Source: Meyerozyma guilliermondii (taxonomy: Eukaryota). From it: 64,000 bases of DNA. Shown here one piece after another: positions 29,318 to 40,100 of this stretch. Within the stretch, counting starts at the first letter, position 1. The number at the start of each line of letters is the position of its first letter. The stretch is from contig CP128817.1 in assembly GCA_051546255.1 (NCBI GenBank), positions 558,001-622,000 on the forward strand, read 5' to 3'. Below the pieces are notes generated by a model. The model was not told the DNA's origin. It did no database searches and saw nothing but the letters and a program-made list of their open reading frames with translations. Made by a program: the position numbers and the translations under genes.

Positions 29318-30097
29318 CTACTTTCGGGGCTGATCAAGTCTCATAATCTTCCTTCTCCATCTAGTAGCCTCCACCTTGTACTTCATCGGCGGCCCATGTA
29401 CCTTGGCCAGCATCATCAATGTAGTTAGTATAGTAGACCGTTTTGCTTGGGACTCTGAAAACCACGTTTTAATTCGCAACAAGAATAGCTGTAGAAGTTT
29501 GGAAATTGTCTTGATACTCCAAAAGTCTTCTTCAGCTCTTGTACTCGCCAACTTTAGTTCCAATTCCTGTCGAAGTCCTGTGGGAGCATTGATTACTACT
29601 ACCATTGGTTTCATCAGAAGAAGGTCGTCCTCGCTTGGTCCTGTCCACAATTTTGTCTGAAGTTCTTCGGATCTTCTCAAACCTCTGCTAGTAGTGGTAG
29701 CAGTAGGACTGGTGATTCCACTTGGAGTTTGAGTTTTGGCAATTGTAGCCAAGTTGAGGATGCTGGGCGTCAGTCCATAGTTTGTAATTGGAGGTGGGGC
29801 ATCATAGTCAAAGAGGGTAATGGCAATTGGGGTATTTGGTCTCGGATGAGATTCCTTGGTTTGGAACAATTCACGTTCATCTGTCATTGGGATAAAAGTT
29901 GGACAAGATTTTAGTCCAATTTTGATTGGGGCAATTGATGTCGCCTTGGTGGTTGTTGCATAGTAGTTTGCCAGTGAAGGATCCTGGAAAAATTCTAGTA
30001 GTGCTTCAGGTGTCACGACTTCTGGCGGGGCCACAAGCGCGATAAAAGTGGTGAAAAGCGGAACGAAAATTGGGGAGGCTAAGACAGCAAACAACAT
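29318..30097 (-). CDS. Orphan 259-aa protein, hydrophobic N-terminus, Thr/Pro-rich middle
   Basis: ATG-initiated ORF occupying the SWD3-SPS1 gap with no competing gene; no family recognised. Confidence 0.55.
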   Translation of the reverse strand: MLFAVLASPIFVPLFTTFIALVAPPEVVTPEALLEFFQDPSLANYYATTTKATSIAPIKIGLKSCPTFIPMTDERELFQTKESHPRPNTPIAITLFDYDAPPPITNYGLTPSILNLATIAKTQTPSGITSPTATTTSRGLRRSEELQTKLWTGPSEDDLLLMKPMVVVINAPTGLRQELELKLASTRAEEDFWSIKTISKLLQLFLLRIKTWFSESQAKRSTILTTLMMLAKVHGPPMKYKVEATRWRRKIMRLDQPRK

Positions 30098-30437
30098 TTG
30101 TGAAGAAGAAATGATCAGGGAACTTCGGCGCTTTAAGTAGTGTGGGTTTGTATCTGTGGAATGCTATGATTTAGCAGAACAAAATCGTGAAATAACACAA
30201 ACTCTTTGATTTGCAACACAAAATCAAAAAAATGGCTGCAAATTACCGATTCCGCAGAACAGATCCAAAAATCCAGCCGCTTCCGCCTTGATCCGCAGAA
30301 CAACTCCATACAATTGGTTGTGACCGCCTTGATCTGCAAGATGATTCAGCAGAGCATATTCAGTGAGGCGGGATCAAACGAATTGTCTCGCTCAACAATT
30401 AAAAAAAATGGCTGCAAAAACCACAAAAAATGGACGG

Positions 30438-31961
30438 CTAACTTTGGCTCATTTTTTCGATCCACGATTCTAGAAGGCTGCTCTCGATTTCATCGTACTG
30501 GGATGTGTATCTTCTTGTGGTGAGACTGTCTGATGGTTTGGAGTAGTTGCTGAATGAAGAGGGGAAAACCAGTCGTTGTATTAATGATCGAGTGGAATCG
30601 CCCTCTTTCATTATTTCCTTCAAGACATAGCGTAGATATTGAAGGATAATAAAGCGGCCGGTTATGCCTTCGGACTTCTCAGAGCTAGGACACACACTGA
30701 GTAGATTCAAAAAAAGCTCGTTTAGTGACTCAATCAACTCGTATTGTTCCGTCGTCAAATTTGCGCGAGACTCTAGCTTATGAAGTGCTCTATTGAGTAT
30801 TTTTGCAAGCTCAACCCCAACCAATCTCTCCAAATCAGCCTGTTTCGAGGCTGTTCTGTAAGTACCACGGCGTATGGGCAGCGATGACAGCGAAGCTGGA
30901 GATGCCATGTCGGTTTTGACATTTGGAGTCGCCTTGATGGTACTGAAATCGAACTGAATTTCGGGAAACTTTTCGTCTTCGGGAGAGTCCGATTGCTTCC
31001 ACTGTTGTTGGTTCCTGGCAATTTCTGATTCTATATAGAACTTTTGCGTTTTATCAATTTGATTTTCTTGATCCCAGAGCTGTTTGTTGGTGATGGCTTT
31101 GCGAATAAGAATAGCTTGATCTTCGGAAGAGACTGTATTGCTGGTGATGAAGCGGTGTTTGGATAGCTTGGGAGCACTGTAGCGTTTTGTAGGGTCCACC
31201 ACAAAGCAATGACGTAAAAAATCACAGAGGTCTGCTGATATGTCAAGCTCGTCCAACCCGATAAGCTCAGCAAATTTGTCGTCGCTTGAGCACGTTGATA
31301 TGTGACGGAGAGCCCTCATGGGAGGATAATCTCGCTGTAATGGTGGTTTACCAGTAACCAATTCGTAGGCACAACAGCCCAAAGACCAAAGGTCAGCCTT
31401 GAAGCTATGGCCACCATTGCTGTTTAAAATGACCTCCGGGGCCATCCAGTATGGTGTGCCGACGGTGGTGTTCCGTCGAGAAAAGTTGGAGGAGAGTTGA
31501 GCAGAAACTCCAAAGTCTGTCAACTTGACGTTGCCCAGACGAGTGAGAAGAATATTTTGTGACTTGAGGTCCCTGTGTATTTTTCCCTGGTCATGCAAAT
31601 ACTCAAGGGCAACAAGAACCTCCTTGAGAATTATGGCTATTGTTTTTTCGTTTTTCATTGGACCAGGCCGAAGTATATCGAAGATAGAACCACCATCTGC
31701 GAATTCCATCACTACCCACAATTGATAGTTTTTCACAAAACAGCCATAGAAACTCGTTATCTGAGGAAGTCGGCATTCGGATATTATCTGAATCTCCCGC
31801 AAAATGTCCAGCAAATCTGTCGGATCGTTTTCAAGATCGATTTGTTTGATTGCAACTTCGAGTCCAGATGCTCTCACGTGGCCACGGTAGACCACTCCAA
31901 ACGCCCCTCTGCCAACTTCTTCACAAACCTCTAGTTCGTCTGCTGACGTGACTCGAACCAT
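30438..31961 (-). CDS. SPS1: STE20/GCK-III family Ser/Thr kinase, Sps1-like
   Basis: VGRGAFGVVY, VAIKQIDLE, HRDLKSQN, DFGVSAQL, RRNTTVGTPYWMAPE; orthology to SPS1 inferred from size and tail. Confidence 0.75.
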   Translation of the reverse strand: MVRVTSADELEVCEEVGRGAFGVVYRGHVRASGLEVAIKQIDLENDPTDLLDILREIQIISECRLPQITSFYGCFVKNYQLWVVMEFADGGSIFDILRPGPMKNEKTIAIILKEVLVALEYLHDQGKIHRDLKSQNILLTRLGNVKLTDFGVSAQLSSNFSRRNTTVGTPYWMAPEVILNSNGGHSFKADLWSLGCCAYELVTGKPPLQRDYPPMRALRHISTCSSDDKFAELIGLDELDISADLCDFLRHCFVVDPTKRYSAPKLSKHRFITSNTVSSEDQAILIRKAITNKQLWDQENQIDKTQKFYIESEIARNQQQWKQSDSPEDEKFPEIQFDFSTIKATPNVKTDMASPASLSSLPIRRGTYRTASKQADLERLVGVELAKILNRALHKLESRANLTTEQYELIESLNELFLNLLSVCPSSEKSEGITGRFIILQYLRYVLKEIMKEGDSTRSLIQRLVFPSSFSNYSKPSDSLTTRRYTSQYDEIESSLLESWIEKMSQS

Positions 31962-32073
31962 AGTCCGAAAAAAGCTGTTTAGCGGGTGTTAGCAACAATA
32001 CTATTTGTATGGATTACGGTATTGATTTGTTTAGCGCGCGAATCGAATCTCATCGACTTATCAATAGACGGAA

Positions 32074-32156
32074 GGATTCATATAGGACTCATAATCGGAT
32101 TCTAATCGGGATTCATTATTGGGATTCATAATTAGGACTCATAATCGGATTTCAAT
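32074..32156. repeat. Degenerate tandem repeat of about 12 bp (GGA[T/C]TCATAAT-like)
   Basis: About 7 units; TAGGACTCATAATCGGATT exact at 32083-32101 and 32133-32151. Confidence 0.85.
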
Positions 32157-32326
32157 CTGAAATTTGAAACACTAAGGTTCATCTTGGACTTGACTTCTTA
32201 AATCTAAGGTGGAATAACTTGACAATTGTGATACAGAATCAAGTAAAAAAGAAGTAGACAGTTCATCTCCAAAAGCTACTTCAGAACTGCTAAGGGACCT
32301 TACAATCTGCCATACAACCTCGCGGC

Positions 32327-33421
32327 ATGCTATTATCCAAGAGCTTGTGGAGAATACCACTACGTTCCTTTTGTTCAACATCAGCAACAAAAAGCCCAAA
32401 AAATCCAAATATCCGATGTACGATTTTTTCCTCTACGGGAGATATTGTGGCCCATGGAAAAGAAGTCAGACGGTCACAATTCATGGAGGAGTTTCATCTT
32501 GCTCCTAGAGACCTCCGCAAGTTTTCTCGTCCTCATTCGCAGATGGTTCCCTCACTTCACACCCGATCTCATGTGGTGCTATTCAACATTTTGGATGTTC
32601 GAGCTTTGGTCCAGCACGATAGAGTGGTTCTATTTGACTTGGTAGGCTCGCGTTCTTTTGAGCTGTACTCACATTCACAACTTACAAAAGCTCTTAGCTA
32701 TAATCTTCGTGAAGAAAACCTTCCTGGAATGCCATTTGAATTCCGAGCCTTCGAAGCTATTTTTGAACATGTAACCTCCAATCTTCGAACAGAAATGAAG
32801 GTACACACTACAGTAACCCAAAACATCTTGCGTGGACTTGAGGATCACGTAGACACCGTTAAGCTTCGGTATCTTCTCACCCAGTCCAAAAAAGTGTTTC
32901 AGTTTCAACAAAAGGCTACGCTTATTCGAGATCACGTCGAGGATACGCTTGATCGAGACGACTATTTGAATGGTCTTTACTTGCTGGATTCTGCCGCTGG
33001 CCGGCCTCATACTGGCACAGATCATGACGAGGTGGAAATGTTGTTTGAATCTTACTACAATACCTGCGACGAAGTGGTGCAAACTGTTGCCAATTTGCGA
33101 TCCCAAATCAAAACTTCAGAGGAGATAATCAACGTGGTGCTTGACTCAAATCGAAATGAGCTCATGATGTTGCGTCACAAGTTTTCCGTTGGTCTTTTAT
33201 CAATGGGTGTTGTTCTCTATATTGCTGCGGTATACGGTATGAACTTGGAAAATTTCATTGAAGAAAACGACGGTGGGTTTGAATTTGCGGTTATACTAAG
33301 CTTCAGCTTACTTGCAGTAGTAGCAGTTATCAGTTTACGGCTGCTTAGACGAGTGCAAAAGGTGACGATGACGGGACTAGCCAGAGAGGACGTTCGAATG
33401 GTGAGACAGAAAGTGAAATAA
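32327..33421 (+). CDS. Mitochondrial Mg2+ transporter, CorA/Mrs2 family (Mrs2 or Lpe10/Mfm1)
   Basis: Presequence, LAPRDLRK, PFEFRAFE, EVEMLFESY, LDSNRNELM, YGMN motif with two C-terminal TM helices. Confidence 0.92.
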   Translation: MLLSKSLWRIPLRSFCSTSATKSPKNPNIRCTIFSSTGDIVAHGKEVRRSQFMEEFHLAPRDLRKFSRPHSQMVPSLHTRSHVVLFNILDVRALVQHDRVVLFDLVGSRSFELYSHSQLTKALSYNLREENLPGMPFEFRAFEAIFEHVTSNLRTEMKVHTTVTQNILRGLEDHVDTVKLRYLLTQSKKVFQFQQKATLIRDHVEDTLDRDDYLNGLYLLDSAAGRPHTGTDHDEVEMLFESYYNTCDEVVQTVANLRSQIKTSEEIINVVLDSNRNELMMLRHKFSVGLLSMGVVLYIAAVYGMNLENFIEENDGGFEFAVILSFSLLAVVAVISLRLLRRVQKVTMTGLAREDVRMVRQKVK

Positions 33422-33428
33422 TAGATCG

Positions 33429-33436
33429 TGTATATA
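33429..33436 (+). promoter_or_regulatory. Puf3-type element after the Mrs2-family gene
   Basis: CG-TGTATATA 7 nt after the stop, with C at -2. Confidence 0.65.
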
Positions 33437-33440
33437 TGCT

Positions 33441-36005
33441 TTAATGATGCAGTTCTCTTATCTTTTTGACTACAATCTCTCGCCCTGGAGAACTAACAGG
33501 TGAAGGTATGGGAGTGGTACCAGTTCTGAAAGGTCTCAAGGTAAAGTTATCTGCTGCCACAGGATGCGGGCTCTTGAGTTCTGGTAGACGCAATTCATCT
33601 CTGGGTGGTGTTAAGTTACGGTTTTTTTTCAAGCCAAGGCGGGTGTTCTCCTTCTTAGTTCGATATTTCTTTTCGCTCTCCACCAAGCTTTCGAACAATT
33701 GTACCCGCAAATCGACATCCAATAAGTCGCTCAATAGCCGTTGGTAAATGTCAATGGGTGGCTTAAAGCCGGAACTCGCCTTTGACAAAGAGGGACGCAA
33801 AATAATGTGAACGAATGGAACCGCTCCTATGGCGGACATATCGTTCAAGGTACTCGATACTTGCTTTATTTTGTCCTCATCGTTGGGCGCAACCAAATCA
33901 CGGTCCACGGTATCAGAGAAGCTGTAGTTGGGAATTTGACTCAAACCAAACACACAGCAAATATGCTCGAGAAGATGCACAAGCGAACTCAAATTGCTTC
34001 GTGGGATTGTCAAGAGAATGCGCAAAGTGTCGTTACGCTCATGGGTGTAGCTGGAAACCAACCCGTCGTATACCATGAACGGTATAACGGAATCGCTGAT
34101 TTCCATAAGCCAATTTTTGACAAAATTGATGACATTGGCAAGCAGCGACAGCTCGAGCACTAGTAGAATGGGCTCCATTACAGACCTATCGCTCGCATTT
34201 GCATCGAGAGTCATATCTGGCTTGTCATACTGACTTATAAGTGAAAGAATTTTTTCCTTTAGTTGCCAGTACGAATGGTGGTCGAGAGGAGCATGCCACA
34301 AATCTTTTGCAGTACCATCATCCTTCTCCTCAATGATACTTGTTGTACGATAAAGGAACAAAGGAAGGGATGCAAAGCTCAAGAGATCCCCTTCCACGGG
34401 AATCTGTAATGGAATGTCTTTGTACAAATTGAACTGATGCTTGATGTTCTGAAAGTAGTTGTAGGTTGTTCGATGAGGATCCAGTCCCGCGACAACAGAT
34501 GGGAAGAAGATCCCAGTGCTATTGTTTGACTCAAGCAATTCAAACTCAGCTTGATAATTTTGAGGCTTGTTGATGGAGGAGATGAAAGTGGTTGCGAGTT
34601 CATGAAGACGTTTTGATGAGGCTAATGATGAATTGTAGACAGCTTCCAGCATTCGAGTTAAGGATTGGTAAATTAGCTCGATCCGTAATTTTTCAAACCG
34701 CTCTAAAGTTTGTGCTTTATGATTAAATTCCTCAATGAGCCTATGGCGAGTTCGTTGAAGCTGAATATACGTTTCATCATATCGTTGCTGTACCTGAGAC
34801 TCAGCTTGATCGATATTACCGCCGAGCATCGTGGACATGTTGACCACGAGTGAATTGAATCGTTTGGTTGTATCTAGCCAGCGCTTGTTATCAGCCGATG
34901 GAGCAGTGCTTGGCTGCAGATCCCCGGCAACATAGTGTGCAAGATCTGACCATTCGAACCACATACCTTTACTTCGAAACTTTTTGGCACCCAAGAATGT
35001 ACCTACCAAGAGTTTTGCGTCCACGAGTTCTTGACCAAAATGCTCCAATTCTCTCATGGTAGGATTCAAGGCACAAGGTCGATTCTTTGTAAGCCACGCA
35101 CAGAGCAGCTCGCTGGATATTACGGTATTAGAGTGGCCTGGGAGTGGGAAAGACCTCTTCAGACTTGGAATCGATTCAATCATGTCCTCGACGAGCGACG
35201 AGAGTTTTTGTGGAGAGAGCTTGCTGAGATAAGTTCCAGAGGCGATAAGCTGAGGAGACGGCAGCAGCTCACTATTTTCAGCCTCGTCATCCGACGCTTC
35301 CTGGACCACCACCGTATTTGCTTTGGGGGCCTCTTTGCCTAGTTCACTTTTGCGTCGAGCTTCGTTGTAGTCTATTCTTAATTTTTCGACCAGTACTGAT
35401 AATTGGTTCTGTTCATCATAAAGTTGTTCAAATGTCTCAATGGCTGCTCTAACCACCGGTTCATACACTCGAATAAAGCTGTTAATCTCCTCAAGCACCT
35501 GGCGGTCGAGAGCCGCTGCCAATATTTCAAGGCATCGCGATTCGGCCAAAAAGTCGTTTCTGTATGTTTCTGTTGCAGTGGCAATCGTTATGGGTGGTGA
35601 TTTGTTTGTAGAAGAGGTCCGAGAGTGTGAAGGTGTTCGCTTGTTATCATATTCCAATTTTGAAAAAGTCTTGTTATCGTCTTCTGATTCATAAGCTTCT
35701 GAATTATTCAGGATGTAATTTTTTTCAGAAAAACTTCCCTGCGAGACTCGTGTTCCACTAAACACCCTTCCGCTAACACTGCGTGACCCTATGGAGCCCG
35801 TGGGTGTTTCAAAAGGGGCCCCAATTCCGCCAATTACATCTGCAAATCTCTCTTGTGAAACACTATTGGATCGTAAATGAGTAGTATAGCGAGCTACGAA
35901 GTCTCGAAGTTCATGTAGTTGTCTGAGCGACTGCTGCAGTTGCACCGTAAGAGCCTTGATCCCCAGTCGGTAGTCTGCCGACCAATACAGATTGGCGAAA
36001 GGCAT
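33441..36005 (-). CDS. F-BAR + DEP + RhoGAP-like protein (Rgd2/Rgd3 family)
   Basis: MPFAN(S)YWSADY FCH start, DEP-like ELEHFGQELVDAKLL, GAP-like KNWLMEISDSVIPF and NLSSLVHLLEHI; first ATG 36005. Confidence 0.8.
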   Translation of the reverse strand: MPFANLYWSADYRLGIKALTVQLQQSLRQLHELRDFVARYTTHLRSNSVSQERFADVIGGIGAPFETPTGSIGSRSVSGRVFSGTRVSQGSFSEKNYILNNSEAYESEDDNKTFSKLEYDNKRTPSHSRTSSTNKSPPITIATATETYRNDFLAESRCLEILAAALDRQVLEEINSFIRVYEPVVRAAIETFEQLYDEQNQLSVLVEKLRIDYNEARRKSELGKEAPKANTVVVQEASDDEAENSELLPSPQLIASGTYLSKLSPQKLSSLVEDMIESIPSLKRSFPLPGHSNTVISSELLCAWLTKNRPCALNPTMRELEHFGQELVDAKLLVGTFLGAKKFRSKGMWFEWSDLAHYVAGDLQPSTAPSADNKRWLDTTKRFNSLVVNMSTMLGGNIDQAESQVQQRYDETYIQLQRTRHRLIEEFNHKAQTLERFEKLRIELIYQSLTRMLEAVYNSSLASSKRLHELATTFISSINKPQNYQAEFELLESNNSTGIFFPSVVAGLDPHRTTYNYFQNIKHQFNLYKDIPLQIPVEGDLLSFASLPLFLYRTTSIIEEKDDGTAKDLWHAPLDHHSYWQLKEKILSLISQYDKPDMTLDANASDRSVMEPILLVLELSLLANVINFVKNWLMEISDSVIPFMVYDGLVSSYTHERNDTLRILLTIPRSNLSSLVHLLEHICCVFGLSQIPNYSFSDTVDRDLVAPNDEDKIKQVSSTLNDMSAIGAVPFVHIILRPSLSKASSGFKPPIDIYQRLLSDLLDVDLRVQLFESLVESEKKYRTKKENTRLGLKKNRNLTPPRDELRLPELKSPHPVAADNFTLRPFRTGTTPIPSPVSSPGREIVVKKIRELHH

Positions 36006-36241
36006 CTGTGGAGAAAGAGTGGGTCGCGATTTAAATTTGATTTGAATTTGATCGCGACATAAACACAGGAAATCGAGTAAGAGTGGCTGATTCAAGTAGT
36101 GGAAAGAGGAGTTGCTTTCATTGTTGTTGTTACTTGTTGTTACTTGTTGCTTGTTACTGAATTTGGTTATTGGCTAAATTGTCCAAACCATCCATTTCCC
36201 TTGATTTCATTTCTAGTATCACCACTATATCGTGAACTTTC

Positions 36242-37117
36242 ATGTCCGAAATCCTTACTTTGCGTTCCGAGGTGGAACAGTTGGAGGCAGAAATAGAAAA
36301 GTTCTCCCAGGAAAAACAACTTGCTTCCGTGAAACTAAATGAACTAAAAAATCAGCCCGATCCACCATCACAAATATCAGAATCAGAGCCAGAATCTCTG
36401 CTGGATTCCGAATCCGAGTCCCAACCAGCACCCATCTACCACAACCATTTTGACCCAGAAGTTGCTCGAATATTGGAAGAGGCAAACAAAGTGAAAAAAA
36501 AGTCCTCTCCAGAAGAAACTGCCAGTATTTTGTACGAGAACATCTTTCGATTTACAGGAATTACTGCTTTTCCAATCAACAAATCCTTGTTATCTGCCGA
36601 CGAGGAAGTCTTTGGGATTCGGTTTGATACTTATTCTAACCACGAGCGCAAATTCGTGGCACCTCACTATGTCATTCTAAAAAAGATACCTCACGAGAAA
36701 GAACCTAATCATCACCGCTGGTCGGTTTTTCGCCATACTCTCCCAGTGTACATTCCTGTGAACGAGGCTGAATCTGTGTTGGAATATGGGCAAGAGGAGG
36801 TGGACCAAAGTGTGGTTAAATTCTCCAAATTGGTTTATGGATATCTTTCACAAACGCAAATGAAGCATGATATTTTTGCAGCAGTGTCACTGAATCCAGA
36901 TATACGACGCTTGGAGAAAGACTTGGCGTGCCATCGAGTTCGATTGTTTCTCGAATCTGGCCAAGAATTGGTTATTCATTGTGATATTTCGTCCGTTATA
37001 CTGGCCGAGGTTGTAGGGAATGCCGAACTATCAGCTGCGTGTGAAGCGGTTCTCTCGACTGATATTGCTGCTCTAGAGGGTGCTCTAACTCGAGTACTTG
37101 GGATCTTACGTAGGTAG
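36242..37117 (+). CDS. MCM21: Kinetochore COMA subunit Mcm21 (CENP-O)
   Basis: N-terminal coiled coil, ENIFRFTGITAFP, FGIRFD, PHYVIL, VFRHTLPVYIP. Confidence 0.85.
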   Translation: MSEILTLRSEVEQLEAEIEKFSQEKQLASVKLNELKNQPDPPSQISESEPESLLDSESESQPAPIYHNHFDPEVARILEEANKVKKKSSPEETASILYENIFRFTGITAFPINKSLLSADEEVFGIRFDTYSNHERKFVAPHYVILKKIPHEKEPNHHRWSVFRHTLPVYIPVNEAESVLEYGQEEVDQSVVKFSKLVYGYLSQTQMKHDIFAAVSLNPDIRRLEKDLACHRVRLFLESGQELVIHCDISSVILAEVVGNAELSAACEAVLSTDIAALEGALTRVLGILRR

Positions 37118-37146
37118 CAAAACATAAAACAATCTATTCTACTCTT

Positions 37147-40100
37147 TTAAAAGGCGTTACCAAAACCAGCTCCGGTTGGTTGATAACCAAGACCTCCAAC
37201 GGGTCCGTTTGTAATCATCAAAGGTTGTCCAGTGGGAGTTTCCTCATCCTCCTGCTCAGCAGCCTTTCTCTTCTGCAAATCAGCATACAATTCGTCCATA
37301 CGCTTGCGGTTCTCATATGCAATCGAGATCTCGTATGGCTTGACGAAATTACTCAAGTCGTGGAGCCACGACAACTCGAGAACATAGTCGAACTCAATCA
37401 AATCATAACAAACGTACAACAATGCAACGAAACATTCGTGGTTTCCTGTCTCCACAAAGTAATCCAACAATTCGTGGGCAATCTTGGTGGATTTTGATAT
37501 GGCAGCAGTTTTGAGAAGATCCGCCCATAACTTGTCACTCTTCAAGATGGAAATAGCTTTGGCATACTTCTTGTTCTTGGCATAAAGAGTGGCGGAGATT
37601 TGTCTGAAAAAGATGATCTTGTGGTTCTCCAATCTCTCTGCCAAATCCAAAGAGTTGAATCTGTTGCACGACTCATTTTCAACAGCAGCTTTCAACGACT
37701 TGTAGTCTTCCTCTTCGATCAACAAGTCGTGGTAAGCACCGTTTACTACCGAGTTGTTCTTCTCCAAGACGGAAATCAAGAACGGTTTGATCATTGGCAA
37801 GTTGTCAGACTTGACGAACATGCGAACAACTCTAGGCAAGTCTAACTTGGGGGTCAAGACTGCCAACAAGTCCACTAAAAGTGATGGGTTTTCATTCATG
37901 TAAAAGTTGATTGCCTTGTAGTAGATTTCCAAGTTTGGAACCTTGACAATAATCTCCTTGAAGGATGAGTGATCAAAAGCAACTTCAGATCTCTTGATCA
38001 TGGTCAATGCAGCATTGTCCCATTCCTCGTAATGACAGTATAAGAAGATCAACTCGGGATACAAGTGTGCTTCCTCACAGGCTGTCAACACTTTAGGAAT
38101 GTTAATTCTGGACCAGAACAACTTCAAGTGCTCCATCACCTTCTCTGGGCTGTACTTACTGTACAAAATAGCCAATTCTGTGAACATACCCATGTGGGCA
38201 CGCTCCAAACCTAAACCACTCTCGAATAATGCGATCAATTCATTGAAATATCCGTTGTGTTCATAGGTTCTGACCAACTCAGGAAGTTCTTCAGCATCGA
38301 TAATCAAGTTCAAACCACAAATTTGTGCCAATCTGAATTCCTTGTTCTCGATACAAGCAGCATTCACCTTCTTCCATACGTCGATATTGGAAGCCTTTCT
38401 GGCACAATCAACAGCTCCTTGATAGTCTTCCAAGTAGACCAAAGTCGTGGCAAGCTTCGAGTATTTGGAAACGTTGGAGTACAAGATCTTGGCGCCCTTG
38501 TAGTTCTTAGCAGCAAATAATTTATCACCAATTGCTTCCAAGTCTGCCACATTTGGACCAGCAACAAACTTGTCTATCTCGTCCAACTTGTTCAAGTTAG
38601 CAAGACAGTTGATCATGGCTCCATCGATGACACTTTCTCTCAATGTCTCTCTGGCCATTTCCAAGAATGCTATCAATTCCTCCTCCTTACCTGCATGTTC
38701 AGCGATTTCAATAACATGCTCATAGTTTTCAGGATTTTTCGACTTGACGTAAGAGTCAATAGCTTCGGGAACCCGCAAACCGTTCAATTGAGCAGTACCC
38801 AATTGGTACCACAAATCCGAAGTGTCGTATTTCTCAGCGTATTGCTCTCCACGATCCAACGACATGATGTCCTCGACCAAAACCTTCATAGCTTCATTTC
38901 TCATTTCAAACTTATCATATACTTCAAAAGCCTCCTCGTACAACTGGTTGTCAACACACAAGGGAGCAATCTCTTGTGGGTCAAACTTATCAAGCTTCTC
39001 AATATAGTTCAGCACACGAGATGGATCAGCTTTAATGGCTGTAAGGATTAACAAACCTTGCAACGACGTGTTGTCATTGAATGGAGATGGCTCTAAGATG
39101 ATTTTTTCCAACAATTCGATCAATTCCTCTTGCATGTCATTCTCCATAAAAGCCTTCACGGTAATTGAAATAGGTTCCGGATCATTCAATTCAGGAATTC
39201 CAGTGGAAATAACTTGATCGACTAATTGTCTTCTGTGAGTGTTGTCACTTGTCAAAACCTTGCTCCATAATGCGAAGTCAGATTTAGACAACAAGTACCT
39301 TGCCTGATACTTGTACATCTTATTGTCATTGGTGATTGCAATCAATTCATCATCATTGGAACCCTTAGAGTAACAAATGTAGGCGAGGTAGGGGTCTCGC
39401 TTTTCACAGTACTTACCAACTGCCAAAGTATCGTAGTTGTCATTCTCCTGTAAGAATTTTTCAGGGCTGTTATTGGAATCGATGTAAATCTTTGCCAAAG
39501 TATTAAAAACCTCTTGATCAGTGGATCCACCTTCCAAAGTTTTCTCCAAGAAAGGAAGCAAGATCTTGAGTCTGTTTCTCTTCTCAACTTCTGCCACAAG
39601 TTCCTTGATTGGTACTCGTCCGATAACTGATGCGAGAAGCCCCTTGATGATGTTTTCGTCACAGTCAACGTCCAATAACCCAGCGACCACTTGAGGAGTG
39701 TTAGTAGGGTTCACCTGTTGCACGTAGACCTCGATAAACTTGAAAAAGTGATTTTTGTACAAATACAAAATCAAGTCATGAACAAAGTTGAATCTGTCAC
39801 ATACAATGATCAAAGGTAATTGGTCTTCCAATTTAGCCTCTTTCAAAAAGTTCTTAACCTTCTCCCCATTGTAAATATTATTGTCACGCACAACTCTCTC
39901 AATTTCCTTTGCTTGGTTCATCTTGGCAGCAGTCTGAATGTATTTGAGGACTACATCAGGATCCTGAGTGATGTTGACGATGGAAGATAAGTAATAATAC
40001 AATCCTTCGTTACACTTGAACTCTTCAAAGATTTTGATAAGAGTCAATGGACCAATCAAATCAGAATACTTGGTGGCCACCTGAATAACCACTTGCAAAT

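Noticed and set aside
31962..32320. Possible 5' UTR intron of SPS1 (TGCTAAC...ACAG just before the ATG)
   Set aside because: No canonical GTATGT/GTAAGT/GTGAGT donor upstream; only weak GTAAGG/GTATGG near the neighbouring gene's start. Spliced reads would be needed.
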